A DNA stretch of 64,000 nt from Candidatus Onthovicinus excrementipullorum (GCA_018712345.1 DVHG01000011.1:2209-66208); one strand, 5' to 3'; shown: positions 44,847 through 55,289, counted from the first letter of the stretch. Translations and numbers: made by a program. The notes: generated by a model from the sequence alone, not told the origin.

Positions 44847-46319
44847 ATGAGCGAAATTGATCACGGCATTCAGCGGGCGGCCTTTGGTGCCGCAATTGAG
44901 CAGGTCCTCAAGTATATCCACAAGAATCCCACGGAAAAAATGAAAAAAATTCTCCGGATGGCCAAACGGCTCATGGGCAATATGTTCCCGGACTCCGGTT
45001 TTGAGATCATGCAGCAGATTCTGGATGATCCGAACAATCCGTGGAACCGCTTCCTCCTGCGGGCACTTGAGGAAGTCGATCCGGCGATCCTCAAAAAGAT
45101 TGTCCTCAACTTCGGACTGAGCGCCGGATATTACGGCACAAAGGCAGTCCGCGCCAACCGGGAAAAGTACAAGTGCAATATCCCGTTTATTATCCTCATG
45201 GACCCGACCAGCTCCTGCAACCTTAAGTGCAAGGGCTGCTGGGCATCCGAATATGACCGCAAGCTGAACCTAACCTTTGACGAAATGGACAGTGTCATTC
45301 GCCAGGGAAAGGAGCTGGGCGCCTACTTTTATATGTTCACAGGCGGCGAGCCGCTGGTGCGCAAGGATGACCTGATCCGCCTGTGTGAAAAGCACTCCGA
45401 CTGTGTATTCCTCGCGTTCACGAACGGAACGCTCGTGGATGAGAAGTTCTGCCGGGAGCTCCGGCGCGTGGGCAACTTCACCCTTGCGCTGAGCATTGAG
45501 GGCAAGGAAGCGAGCAACGACGCCCGCCGTGGCAACGGCGTTTATCAGAAAGTTCTCAATGCCATGGATCTGCTCAAAAAGGAACGCTGCCTGTTTGGAA
45601 TCTCCGTGTGCTACACGCGGGAGAACGTCATGTCCGTCACAAGTGATGAATTCATGGACCTGATGGAGGAGAAAGGCGTGCGCTACGCCTGGTACTTCAA
45701 CTTTATGCCCGTCGGCAAGAATGCCGTGCCGGAGTTGATCCCCACGCCCGACCAGCGCGAGTATATGTACCACTGGATCCACAAGGTGCGCTCGCTGGAC
45801 TCGGACCGCGGGTTCTTCGCCGTTGATTTCCAGGATGACGGCGAGTACGTCGGCGGATGTATTGCCGGCGGACGCAACTACTTCCATATCAACTCCGCGG
45901 GCGATATCGAGCCGTGCGTCTTTGTCCACTATTCGGATTCCAACATCCGGAAAGATACGCTGCTCGAGGCGCTGAAAAAGCCGCTCTTCACGGCGTACTA
46001 TCACAACCAGCCGTTTAACGATAACCACCTGCGCCCGTGCCCGATGCTCGAGAATCCCGATATGCTCCGCCGCATGGTTAAGGAGACAGGAGCCAAGAGC
46101 ACCGATCTGGCCGCGCCGGAGGATGTGGACGACCTGTGCGCCAAGTGTGATGCCTTTGCGCAGGAGTGGGCGCCGCGTGCCAAGCAGATCTGGGAGTCCA
46201 CTCCGCACACCAAGCCCATGACTCAGTACTATCGTGACACGCCGGAGGGGCAGGCCGAAATCGCACGTCTCGCCGCGAGACAGCGTGAAGAGGCGGAAGC
46301 CGCCGCTGAAGAAAAATAA
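44847..46319 (+). CDS. Radical SAM protein (about 490 aa; conserved family of unknown function in anaerobes)
   Basis: CNLKCKGC (Cx3Cx2C) cluster motif, FTGGEPL SAM-binding block, a C-terminal Cys-containing extension and an acidic Ala/Glu tail. Confidence 0.85.
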   Translation: MSEIDHGIQRAAFGAAIEQVLKYIHKNPTEKMKKILRMAKRLMGNMFPDSGFEIMQQILDDPNNPWNRFLLRALEEVDPAILKKIVLNFGLSAGYYGTKAVRANREKYKCNIPFIILMDPTSSCNLKCKGCWASEYDRKLNLTFDEMDSVIRQGKELGAYFYMFTGGEPLVRKDDLIRLCEKHSDCVFLAFTNGTLVDEKFCRELRRVGNFTLALSIEGKEASNDARRGNGVYQKVLNAMDLLKKERCLFGISVCYTRENVMSVTSDEFMDLMEEKGVRYAWYFNFMPVGKNAVPELIPTPDQREYMYHWIHKVRSLDSDRGFFAVDFQDDGEYVGGCIAGGRNYFHINSAGDIEPCVFVHYSDSNIRKDTLLEALKKPLFTAYYHNQPFNDNHLRPCPMLENPDMLRRMVKETGAKSTDLAAPEDVDDLCAKCDAFAQEWAPRAKQIWESTPHTKPMTQYYRDTPEGQAEIARLAARQREEAEAAAEEK

Positions 46320-46470
46320 AGCGCCCCTTTTGAGAGGGTGCAGTGTAAAGGTTCAGTTTAAAATCCCCGGGGTGGTTCATGTACGGACCTCCCTGGGGAT
46401 CATTTATATAGTCCAAAAACACACTTCTTTACGAAGCCGCCGTACGATTTCTGACGGCGAAGGATTTTGG

Positions 46471-47622
46471 CTACACGTCAAAAGGTCCGCCGGGCGGGAA
46501 TGTGCGTACCACTCGAAAAATATCGCACGCCGTGCGGTATAAATCCTCCTGTGCGCGCTTTTGCGCCTGTTCAAATGGGATGGCCGTGCGGTTGATGGAA
46601 AATACGGCGGTCAGCCCCTGCTCATAGAGCGATTCATACCCCTCCCCGGCGTCGCCCACGATGGCGATGCAGGGGATTTTCAGCGCCAGCGCCCGCTTTG
46701 ACACGCCGCAGACGACTTTTCCATGGACGGACTGACTGTCAATTTTCCCCTCGCCGGTCACGATGAGGTCTGCATCCGCCGCCAGGTGGTCGAACCGCAC
46801 GGTGTCGAGTACGGTCTCAATGCCGCTCTTCAGTTGACCGCCAAAGAACGCCGCGCAGCCGCCGCCCATTCCGCCGGCAGCTCCGGCCCCGGGAAGAGCG
46901 GAAATATCAAAACCGACGGCTTCCCGAATTTTTTTCGCCAGATGGCGCAGGCCCCGGTCGAGCACCCGGACCTGTTCCGGCGACGCGCCCTTCTGCGGGG
47001 CGAAGACACGGGCTGCACCGGTTTCCCCGTACAGGGGGTTGTCAATATCGCACATACAGGTGACAGGGATGCCGCCCAGCGTCGCGTGCAGGCAGGAGAG
47101 GTCGATGGACGCGATCTGTTCCAGCGTGCCGCCGGTGGGGATGAACGCCTCTCCGCTGCTGCTGAAAAACTTTGCGCCCAGAGCACAGGCGGCCCCGCAG
47201 CCGCCGTCGTTTGTCGCGCTGCCGCCCAGACCGAGGATGATGCGTGTGCAGCCGTAGTTCAGAGCGTCGGCCATCAGTTCCCCGACGCCGTAGGTCGTCG
47301 CGTTCATTGGGTCCAGCGGGGAGTGGCACAGGGGCAGCCCCGCGGCGGCGGCCATTTCAATCACGGCCGTGCCGTCCGGTAGGAGGACATAGGACGAACC
47401 CACAGACTCAAAGTGCGGGCCGCTGACGCTCAGTGCGCGGCGCTGCCCGCCCATGGCCATCCAGAAAGCGTCCGCAGTCCCCTCGCCGCCGTCACCGACG
47501 GGGATCTGGACTGCGGCGGTCCCGGGCAGAATCTCCCGTACCGCGCGGGTCAGCAGGGAGCAGATCTCCATGGAGGTCAGCGTTCCCTTGAACGAGTCCG
47601 GAATCAGAACGATTTTTTTCAT
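46471..47622 (-). CDS. glxK: Glycerate kinase
   Basis: MKKIVLIPDSFKGTLTS start, GGSATNDGG and TGEGKIDSQS blocks. 383 aa. Confidence 0.92.
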   Translation of the reverse strand: MKKIVLIPDSFKGTLTSMEICSLLTRAVREILPGTAAVQIPVGDGGEGTADAFWMAMGGQRRALSVSGPHFESVGSSYVLLPDGTAVIEMAAAAGLPLCHSPLDPMNATTYGVGELMADALNYGCTRIILGLGGSATNDGGCGAACALGAKFFSSSGEAFIPTGGTLEQIASIDLSCLHATLGGIPVTCMCDIDNPLYGETGAARVFAPQKGASPEQVRVLDRGLRHLAKKIREAVGFDISALPGAGAAGGMGGGCAAFFGGQLKSGIETVLDTVRFDHLAADADLIVTGEGKIDSQSVHGKVVCGVSKRALALKIPCIAIVGDAGEGYESLYEQGLTAVFSINRTAIPFEQAQKRAQEDLYRTACDIFRVVRTFPPGGPFDV

Positions 47623-47864
47623 GGTGTATCCCCCTTCTGATTACAGTATAGTTTTTTTCGCAATTCTGTCAAATGATGAGGAAACGGCGGCAGGCGTTTG
47701 GGCGAATGCGCCGCCGCGTCCGGAACCAGCCTGTTTTTCTCTTAAAATCCTCTGTGAAAATTCCATAAAACATCTTCTCCGTTTTCGGTCAATGGTTCCA
47801 ATTGATTTTTCGCCGGGGTTGTGATAATTTAGCTGATAGACCATTTTGAAAAGGGGTTTGAAGC

Positions 47865-49349
47865 ATGAAAATCCGGAAGATCATCGCGGCGCTGTCCGCG
47901 GCGGCGATTGCCTGTGCCGCATTTTCGGGATGCGCCGGCCCGGCAACGGGTGGGGACGTTCTCTCCATTCAGGAGGGAAAGACGGAAAATCTGGCGCTGA
48001 ACGCACCGGCAGCCATGGGGGAGCGGGATGCCGCCAAAGCGGTGGATGGCGATCGTTCCACCGCCTTCTGTGCACGCAGTGAAAAGGGAACGATTGAGAT
48101 CGACTTTGGACGCGAGGTCACCTTTGACACCATTGTCCTGCGGGAAAAGGGATGGAACATCCGCCAGTACCACATTGACGTACTGATTGGCGAGGAATGG
48201 GAGACGATCTATATCGGCGACCGCATTGAGGATCTGCGTTACTGCGCGCTGGAGCAGGCGGTCACGGCCTCCGGTCTGCGCCTGATCGTCGATTCCTCCA
48301 ATCAGGTGTTCTCCATCAGTGAGATTGAAGTCGCCATGGCGCCCAAGTCCAATAATCAGGGTTTCCGTGTGAGTGCCTATGTGCGCACGGATCTGATGGT
48401 GGACGGGAGCCTGTATGACCCGGATGGCGGCGTGTATCTGGACTCCAAGTTCCTGGATGTCGCCACGGAGCTCAACTTCCTCGGCTGTGTCAATCTGGAC
48501 GGCGACGGGAACATCGTCCTCACCAGGACCCAGGTCAACGATGCCGGTGAAGAGGAGAGCGTCCTAATGACGGACGATGAGTTTGCCGCGGCACTCGAGC
48601 GGATGCGTACATATATCGGGGACCGTGATGTGCAGCTCACCATGACGATCGGCACACCCGATCCGGACACCACCTACCGCGCGATGACGGAGAGCCGCGA
48701 CGCGCTTATAGCCAATATTATGGATTTTGCCGGCCGGTTCGGATTTGACGGCATCAGCTTTGACTGGGAGCGGCCGCAGAATCAGGATCAGTTTAACGCT
48801 TTCAGTGACTTTCTCATTGAGCTCAAGCCGCGGCTGACCGAGGCCGGCATGCGCCTGACACTCGCGTGGGCATCATGGGGTGTGAACATGAAGCCTGAGG
48901 CCGTCAAGACGGCGGACGCGATCGAGATCATGTCCTACGACCTTTTTGACCAGTACGGGAATCAGGCCTCCTTCCTGGAGTCCACCGTGCAGGCGGTCGA
49001 CTATTTCCTGAGCCTGGGGTATGACAAATCCCAGCTCAATATCGGCATCCCCTATTACGGCCGCCCGGTGGACGGCGGTGCCTACTGGCCCTCCTACAGC
49101 GATGCGCAGTATCAGCTGGGCCGGTACGACGATACGGACAGTGAATTTGTCGCGGACTACGGCCAGTCCTACTTTAACAGCTATCAGACCGTGATGGATA
49201 AGACGGCCTATGCGATCTCCGAAGGGCTGGGCGGCGTGATGGTGTTCCGCCTGGAGCTGGACCGCCCGTATGACGATCCGGTGTCCCTGACCAAGGCGAT
49301 TGGTAACACGATCGCCCACAGGATTGAAGGGGGTGACATCCATGAATAA
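47865..49349 (+). CDS. Lipoprotein: F5/8 type C (discoidin)-like domain plus GH18 chitinase-like domain
   Basis: Lipobox AFSGC. N-terminal carbohydrate-binding-like region (AVDGDRSTAF...). GH18 catalytic block FDGISFDWE (DxxDxDxE). Confidence 0.85.
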   Translation: MKIRKIIAALSAAAIACAAFSGCAGPATGGDVLSIQEGKTENLALNAPAAMGERDAAKAVDGDRSTAFCARSEKGTIEIDFGREVTFDTIVLREKGWNIRQYHIDVLIGEEWETIYIGDRIEDLRYCALEQAVTASGLRLIVDSSNQVFSISEIEVAMAPKSNNQGFRVSAYVRTDLMVDGSLYDPDGGVYLDSKFLDVATELNFLGCVNLDGDGNIVLTRTQVNDAGEEESVLMTDDEFAAALERMRTYIGDRDVQLTMTIGTPDPDTTYRAMTESRDALIANIMDFAGRFGFDGISFDWERPQNQDQFNAFSDFLIELKPRLTEAGMRLTLAWASWGVNMKPEAVKTADAIEIMSYDLFDQYGNQASFLESTVQAVDYFLSLGYDKSQLNIGIPYYGRPVDGGAYWPSYSDAQYQLGRYDDTDSEFVADYGQSYFNSYQTVMDKTAYAISEGLGGVMVFRLELDRPYDDPVSLTKAIGNTIAHRIEGGDIHE

Positions 49350-49971
49350 CCGTGAAAAGAGGAGCCTTGCCTCCATGTTTTTCCTGATCTACGGCTTTGT
49401 GACGGCGCTCATCACCGTGGCGCTCGGCTACTTTGACTACTATAAGTCCGTCATCGCCACCGTGGAGAGCAAGCAGGGCTATGTCACGGGGATGGTGGCA
49501 GTCGGTCTGGTGGTCTTTGCCATCGCAATGTCTGTCTGTTACCTGACGCGTAATGTGATCCGCCTGGGTGAAAAGATCCCGGCCATTTTTCCGCTGGCGT
49601 TCGCGGGGGCGCTTGCGCTGATCCCGGTGGGGACGCCATATGCCCTCTCCCTCCTTTCGGCGGGGCGGTTCTACTGGCTGACGCCTACGATCATGGGCAA
49701 CGCGCTGATTGTCCAGTATGTCGTCTATATTCTGGTGATGATTTTCGGTGGGCTCTCCCTGGGGACGATGCTCCGGCGCCCGATCAAAACGCCGGGGGCC
49801 TCGGCGGTCTCCATGCCGGTGCTGTTCCTGCTGACGGCGGTCACCGCGTTCCTGATGCTGACGGTGATTCCCGGCACCTTTGGGTGGGATGTGATGTGGC
49901 CACTTCTGGCAGCATTCACGGCCGTGTGCTCCGTGATCTCCATGATCGTGGCGCCCGGCAGGGAAAAGTAA
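49342..49971 (+). CDS. Polytopic membrane protein, unknown function
   Basis: The ATG at 49342 overlaps the GH18 stop by 8 nt. 209 aa with about six hydrophobic helices. Confidence 0.62.
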   Translation: MNNREKRSLASMFFLIYGFVTALITVALGYFDYYKSVIATVESKQGYVTGMVAVGLVVFAIAMSVCYLTRNVIRLGEKIPAIFPLAFAGALALIPVGTPYALSLLSAGRFYWLTPTIMGNALIVQYVVYILVMIFGGLSLGTMLRRPIKTPGASAVSMPVLFLLTAVTAFLMLTVIPGTFGWDVMWPLLAAFTAVCSVISMIVAPGREK

Positions 49972-50051
49972 TTGGATTCCCGGCCCGGACGGCTTTTTTA
50001 AAGGCCGGCCGGGTCTGATCGTTTGTCCGGCATCCACAGGAGGTGTGACAG

Positions 50052-50639
50052 TTGCAGATTGTGGAATATTTACTCGCCATGGCGCCGTATATGGCGGCGG
50101 CACTGCCATTTGTGCTGCTGTTCCGGCTCGTCGCCCGGCGGCGGATGCGCAGACGCGGTCTGTGTGAGTCCCCGCTGCGGGAGGTGGGGGTGGTGCTGTT
50201 TCTGCTCTTCCTTGTCGGGCTGATCTCACAGACTGTTCTGCCGCAGATTGTGATCGGAGCGGACGGCACCCTGGAGCTGGTGCGCCAGCGGCCGGGTTGC
50301 CATATCAATCTGATCCCATTCCGGCAGTTTGCCGATGTGATGCGGGCGGCGGACCCAATGTACGCCGCAATCAATATCGCCGGGAATATCGTCATGTTCA
50401 TGCCCATCGGGTTCTGCGTGCCGCTGCTGTGGCGGGAATTTCCTCTTTGGCGGACAGCGCTGGTGGGCGCCGGCTTTTCCCTCGGCGTGGAGGTGCTCCA
50501 GTACCCGCAGGGCCGCTCCTCGGATATTGACGATCTGATTCTGAACACGCTCGGCGTGATGGCAGGGTATGGCCTGTGGCGGCTGTTCGTCTATCTCTTC
50601 CCAAAAGCGGCCGCGCACTTCCGGGTGCGGACGGCGTAA
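50052..50639 (+). CDS. VanZ-family membrane protein
   Basis: TTG start 6 nt after RBS AGGAGGTG. VanZ-like blocks (NLIPF, NIAGNIVMFMPIGF, DIDDLILNTLG). Confidence 0.8.
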   Translation: MQIVEYLLAMAPYMAAALPFVLLFRLVARRRMRRRGLCESPLREVGVVLFLLFLVGLISQTVLPQIVIGADGTLELVRQRPGCHINLIPFRQFADVMRAADPMYAAINIAGNIVMFMPIGFCVPLLWREFPLWRTALVGAGFSLGVEVLQYPQGRSSDIDDLILNTLGVMAGYGLWRLFVYLFPKAAAHFRVRTA

Positions 50640-50820
50640 GGCCATGACAGTGCGGCAGGGATATTCGGCGACTGTGCCGGACGGCAAAAAATCCCTGTGT
50701 TTCTCGTGTAAAATACCACTTTTCAAACAGCGGGAAATCATGTTAAAATAAAAACAGTTCCGTCCCCGGTATTTGTCGGGAACCGGAGATTGATTCAATG
50801 GGATAAACGTGGTGAGAAAA

Positions 50821-52527
50821 ATGGGAATCATCGGTCTGAAGGAGGCGGACTGCAGGAGCTGTTACCGGTGCCTGAAGGTCTGCCCGGTCAAGTCAATCAA
50901 ATTTACGGATGAGCAGGCGCGCATTCTGGATACGGACTGCTTGCTCTGCGGCAGCTGCATCAATGAGTGCCCGCAGGGGGCCAAGACGCTGCACAGCGAT
51001 CTGGAGGCGGTCAAGCGCCGGATCGCGTCCGGAGAGCGGGTCATCGCCGCGGTGGCTCCGTCGTTTTTCTCCGACTTTCCCGTGGACAGCGACGGGAAGA
51101 TTGCCGGGGCACTCCGGGCGCTGGGCTTTTACGGGACGGCGCAGGTCTCCTATGCGGCGGCCTATGTCTCCCGCGAGTATTACCGTCTTGCCCAGGCCGG
51201 GGAGATGAAAAATATCCTCACGACCTGCTGCCCGGTTATCAATGATCTGGCGGAGAAGTATTACCCGGACATGGTCCCGTATCTGGCGCCGGTCAAGAGC
51301 CCCATGGTCGTGTGCGGCGAGATGGTCAAGCAGCAGTACGGCCCGGACACCGTGACGGTATTCATCGGACCGTGCATCGCCAAAAAGGGCGAGAGCATGG
51401 ATATCCGGCACAATACGCAGATCGATTATGTGCTCAATTTCGGAGATCTGGCCCAGTGGCTGGAGGAGCGGGAGATTGATATTTCCGCCTGTGCGGAGGA
51501 GGAGTTCCTGCGCCCGAATGCGGAGATCATGCGCCTCTATCCGGTGGCCGGCGGCATTATCAAGACGGTCAAGGCCCTCGGCCCGGTGGAGAAGTATGAC
51601 TTCTCCGGTGTAGAGGGGATCGACGCGTGCAAAGAGGTGTTTGAGTCCATCCGCTCCGGTGAGATTGAGCACTGCTTCATCGAGCTCAACGCCTGTGAGG
51701 GCGGCTGCGTCAACGGCCCCGCGCGGGGCAACATGGGGGCCAATCGCTTTACCGGGTCCATCAAGCTCAAGAAGCACGTCGCCAGAACGGGTACGAACTA
51801 CCCGCAGATCCCGGAGGAGCCGGAGATGCACAAGCTGTTCCTCGCCCGGGAGGAGAAGCGGGATCTCCCGGATGAGGCGACCATCCGCGCCATCCTGCGT
51901 AAGATCGGTAAGGAGACCCCGGCACAGGAGCTCAACTGCGGCTCCTGCGGCTATCCCACCTGCCGCGATAAGGCGATTGCCGTCTATCAGGGCAAGGCGG
52001 AGCTGACCATGTGCGTGCCGTACATGCGCCAGCGGGCGGAGTCGCTCTCCAACACCGTGATGACGCAGACGCCCAATATCACCATCATTGCGGACAGCGA
52101 TCTGAATATTGTGGAGTTCAACCCCGCGGCGGAGCGTGCGTTCGGCATCAGCCGCGCACAGGCGCTCCAAAAGGGCCTGTATGAGATCCTTGACACGCAG
52201 GATTTCCTCGGCGTGTTCGACACGCAGAATGACGTGACGGATAAGAAGATTGAGCTGCCCCGCTACGGATTGATCCTGATGATGAGCATCGTCTATATCC
52301 CGGAGAACAACATGGTGATGGGTGTTTTCAAGGATATCACCGCGGAGGAAAAGCGCCGCGCCGATATGCTCAAGATCCGGGAGGACACCGTCAGCATGGC
52401 CCAGAATGTCATTGAAAAGCAGATGATCGTAGCGCAGGAGATTGCAAGCCTGCTCGGCGAGACAACGGCCGAGACCAAGGTGACGCTCACCAAGCTCAAA
52501 AAAATGCTGGAAAGCGACGGTGAGTGA
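50821..52527 (+). CDS. hydS: Sensory-type [FeFe]-hydrogenase homologue (HydS / group C-like) with C-terminal PAS domain
   Basis: Two ferredoxin-type Cx2Cx2Cx3CP motifs. H-cluster motif variants TTCCPV, GPCIAKK and ACEGGCVNGP. An extra Cx2Cx4Cx16C motif (CGSCGYPTC...TMC). PAS-like segment (ITIIADSDLNIVEFNPAAERAFGI). An alternative GTG start lies at 50809. Confidence 0.85.
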   Translation: MGIIGLKEADCRSCYRCLKVCPVKSIKFTDEQARILDTDCLLCGSCINECPQGAKTLHSDLEAVKRRIASGERVIAAVAPSFFSDFPVDSDGKIAGALRALGFYGTAQVSYAAAYVSREYYRLAQAGEMKNILTTCCPVINDLAEKYYPDMVPYLAPVKSPMVVCGEMVKQQYGPDTVTVFIGPCIAKKGESMDIRHNTQIDYVLNFGDLAQWLEEREIDISACAEEEFLRPNAEIMRLYPVAGGIIKTVKALGPVEKYDFSGVEGIDACKEVFESIRSGEIEHCFIELNACEGGCVNGPARGNMGANRFTGSIKLKKHVARTGTNYPQIPEEPEMHKLFLAREEKRDLPDEATIRAILRKIGKETPAQELNCGSCGYPTCRDKAIAVYQGKAELTMCVPYMRQRAESLSNTVMTQTPNITIIADSDLNIVEFNPAAERAFGISRAQALQKGLYEILDTQDFLGVFDTQNDVTDKKIELPRYGLILMMSIVYIPENNMVMGVFKDITAEEKRRADMLKIREDTVSMAQNVIEKQMIVAQEIASLLGETTAETKVTLTKLKKMLESDGE

Positions 52528-52528
52528 G

Positions 52529-53701
52529 ATGGGGATCTATGTACAGACCTCCTACCGGAGCCTGAATAAAAAGGGAGAGGAGCTGTGCGGGGACAAGGTG
52601 CGCATCGTGCGCCGCGGGGGTACGATGATCGCCGTGCTGGCCGACGGGCTTGGCAGCGGCGTGAAGGCCAATATCCTCGCCACTCTCACCAGCCAGATCC
52701 TCTCCACCATGATCTATGAGGGCGCAAGCGTGCGCGAGGCGGTGGAGACGATCGCCAAGACGCTGCCCGTGTGCAGCGTGCGCAAGCTGGCCTATTCCAC
52801 GTTCAGCGTACTGGAGATCTCCGAAAATGGGGATGGATACCTGGCAGAGTTCGACAATCCCTTCTGCTTTTACCTGCGTAATGGTGAGCAGCAGGAGTTC
52901 CGCCCCGAGTATAACGAGTATTCCGGCCGCGGTGTGTATGAGACGCACTTTAAGGCGGAGCCGGGTGATATCATTACCCTTGTCAGTGACGGGGTGATCT
53001 GGGCCGGTGTAGGGGACAATATGAATTTCGGCTGGACGTGGGACAGCGTCCTCCAATGGCTCCAGAACGCCGCAGCGCTGGAGCTGCCGGCCCCGCAGCT
53101 GACGGTGGCACTCAGCGACGCGGTCAATGACCTGTACCACCACCGCCCGGGGGACGATTCCACCGTCCTGGTGGCGGAGGTGATGGCGGAAAAGCCGGTC
53201 AGCCTGCTGGCGGGCCCGCCGGAGAACAAGGCGATGGATGCGCAGATGGTGCGCGACTTTATGGCGTCGGAGGGGCGCAAGGCCGTGTGCGGCGGAACGA
53301 GCGCCAATATCGTCGCGCGGGAGCTGGGGCGGCAGATCACCACCTCACTCGACTATATTGACAAGGACGTGCCGCCCATCGGCCATATTCAGGGGATTGA
53401 CCTGTGTACGGAGGGCGTGCTGACGCTCAATAAGGCGTTGGAGATCTTGGGCCGCCTGATTGACCGTCCGCCGGACGATGCGGCCATTGAGCGCCTGGAG
53501 CGCAAGGACGGCGCAGCGCTGCTGGCGCGCCTGATGTACGAGGACTGCACCCGGCTGAAGATGTTCATCGGATCGGCGATCAACCCTGCACACTCCGACC
53601 CTGCCATTCAGTCGGAACTGAGCATGAAGCTCCACCTGCTCGATAAGCTCTCCGCAGCAATGGAGAAGATGGGCAAGCACGTTGAGAAAATTTATTATTG
53701 A
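52529..53701 (+). CDS. PP2C / SpoIIE-family protein phosphatase with uncharacterised C-terminal domain
   Basis: CGDKVRIV...AVLADGLGSGVKANILA and DDSTVLV match the SpoIIE/RsbU-type PP2C metal-binding blocks. The start is 2 nt after the hydS stop, or a GTG at 52520 overlapping it. Confidence 0.85.
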   Translation: MGIYVQTSYRSLNKKGEELCGDKVRIVRRGGTMIAVLADGLGSGVKANILATLTSQILSTMIYEGASVREAVETIAKTLPVCSVRKLAYSTFSVLEISENGDGYLAEFDNPFCFYLRNGEQQEFRPEYNEYSGRGVYETHFKAEPGDIITLVSDGVIWAGVGDNMNFGWTWDSVLQWLQNAAALELPAPQLTVALSDAVNDLYHHRPGDDSTVLVAEVMAEKPVSLLAGPPENKAMDAQMVRDFMASEGRKAVCGGTSANIVARELGRQITTSLDYIDKDVPPIGHIQGIDLCTEGVLTLNKALEILGRLIDRPPDDAAIERLERKDGAALLARLMYEDCTRLKMFIGSAINPAHSDPAIQSELSMKLHLLDKLSAAMEKMGKHVEKIYY

Positions 53702-53787
53702 CATCGTTTTTAAAAATGATATCCTATTGGATGGGAAATTTATTCCGCCGGAAAAGCGGAACAACTGCGAGATAAAGAGGTAAACAT

Positions 53788-55233
53788 ATGAAAAAGCTGT
53801 TTGATACCGCGGTACAAAAGCTGAAATACAAGGTCCTGCGCGAGGTTGCGCGCATGGAGTTTGAGGACCGGCTCCTCCGGGATATGACGGATATCCCGAA
53901 GATCATCATGCCCGGCCCCAAGCCGACCCTGCGCTGCTGTATCTATAAAGAGCGCGCCATCATCGGCGAGCGCATCAAGCTTGCCATCGGCGGGGATGAG
54001 AAAAATCCGAACGTGGTGGAGGTGCTTGATATCGCGTGTGACGAGTGCCCCGCGGATGGGATCAAGGTCACGGATTCCTGCCGGGGCTGCATCTCCCACG
54101 CCTGTGTGGACACCTGCCCGCGCGGCGCGATCTCAATTGTGGACCACCACGCCACGATTGACCGCAGCAAGTGCGTGGAGTGCGGGCGGTGCCTGAGCGC
54201 CTGCCCGTATAACGCGATCCGCAAGGATGTGCGGCCGTGTATGAGCGCCTGTAAGGTCAAAGCGATCAGCATGGATGAGGACCAGAAGGCTGTCATTGAC
54301 AATGACAAGTGCATCTCCTGCGGTGCGTGTGTTTACAAGTGCCCGTTTGGAGCGATCTCTGATAAATCCTATATCCTGGACGCGATCCATATTCTCAAGG
54401 AGTCTGAGCAGAACACCAAATATCACACCTATGCGGTCGTGGCGCCGTCGATCTACAGCCAGTTCGTGCAGACGAGCGTGGAGCACGTGGTGGCCGGGAT
54501 CAAGGCGCTCGGCTTCCACGCGGTGGTGGAGGCGGCGCTGGGCGCGGATATGGTCGCCTTTAAGGAGGCAAAGGAGCTGTATGAGAAAAAGTTCCTCACC
54601 AGCTCCTGCTGCCCGGCGTTTGTGATGTATGTACGCAAGAATTTCCCGAAGCTTGCGGAAAACGTCTCCCACAACCTGTCCCCGATGGCGGAGATCGCCA
54701 GCTATCTGAAAAAGTCCGACCCGGGCTGTAAGGTGATCTTCATCGGCCCCTGCATTGCCAAAAAGGCGGAGCAGAAGTGGGATACCGTGCGCCCCTATAT
54801 CGACTGCGTCATTACCTTTGAAGAGCTTCAGGCGCTGTTTGACAGCCGCGATATTGATATCACCGCCCTGCCGGAGGAGTACCTGGACAACGCGACCTAT
54901 TACGGGCGCATCTTCGCCCGCAGCGGCGGCCTGGCTGAGGCGGTGCGCGAGGGCCTGACGGAGCAGGATCTGCTGAATACGGGCGACTTTGAGTACAAGC
55001 CCATCTCCTGCGACGGGATTCTGGAGTGCCGTGCGGCGCTGCTCAAGGCATCCAAAAACATGCTCGCGGAGAATTTCATTGAGGGCATGGCCTGTGAATC
55101 CGGCTGTATCGGCGGCCCGGCGTGCCTCACGCACGGCCCCAAGAACAAGGCGGATGTGGACGCTTACGGCAAGCTCGCCATGGAGAAAACCATGCGCGGC
55201 GCCATCAGCGTACTGGATATTGATTCTCTGTAA
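53788..55233 (+). CDS. [FeFe]-hydrogenase, group B-like, with N-terminal multi-ferredoxin domain
   Basis: Several CxxCxxCxxxCP clusters (CVECGRCLSACP, CISCGACVYKCP). H-cluster motifs SSCCPAF, GPCIAKK and ACESGCIGGP. RBS AAGAGG. Confidence 0.88.
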   Translation: MKKLFDTAVQKLKYKVLREVARMEFEDRLLRDMTDIPKIIMPGPKPTLRCCIYKERAIIGERIKLAIGGDEKNPNVVEVLDIACDECPADGIKVTDSCRGCISHACVDTCPRGAISIVDHHATIDRSKCVECGRCLSACPYNAIRKDVRPCMSACKVKAISMDEDQKAVIDNDKCISCGACVYKCPFGAISDKSYILDAIHILKESEQNTKYHTYAVVAPSIYSQFVQTSVEHVVAGIKALGFHAVVEAALGADMVAFKEAKELYEKKFLTSSCCPAFVMYVRKNFPKLAENVSHNLSPMAEIASYLKKSDPGCKVIFIGPCIAKKAEQKWDTVRPYIDCVITFEELQALFDSRDIDITALPEEYLDNATYYGRIFARSGGLAEAVREGLTEQDLLNTGDFEYKPISCDGILECRAALLKASKNMLAENFIEGMACESGCIGGPACLTHGPKNKADVDAYGKLAMEKTMRGAISVLDIDSL

Positions 55234-55289
55234 AAAAACGCCCCGGCCTGCCGGCCGGGTCCCCTACGGGAAAAAGGAGTGTTTTTAAA

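Noticed and set aside
50739-50758. Rex-like site upstream of hydS (ATGTTAAAATAAAAACAG)
   Set aside because: Only the left half-site resembles TTGTTAA. The right half matches about 4 of 7 positions, which is too weak to call.
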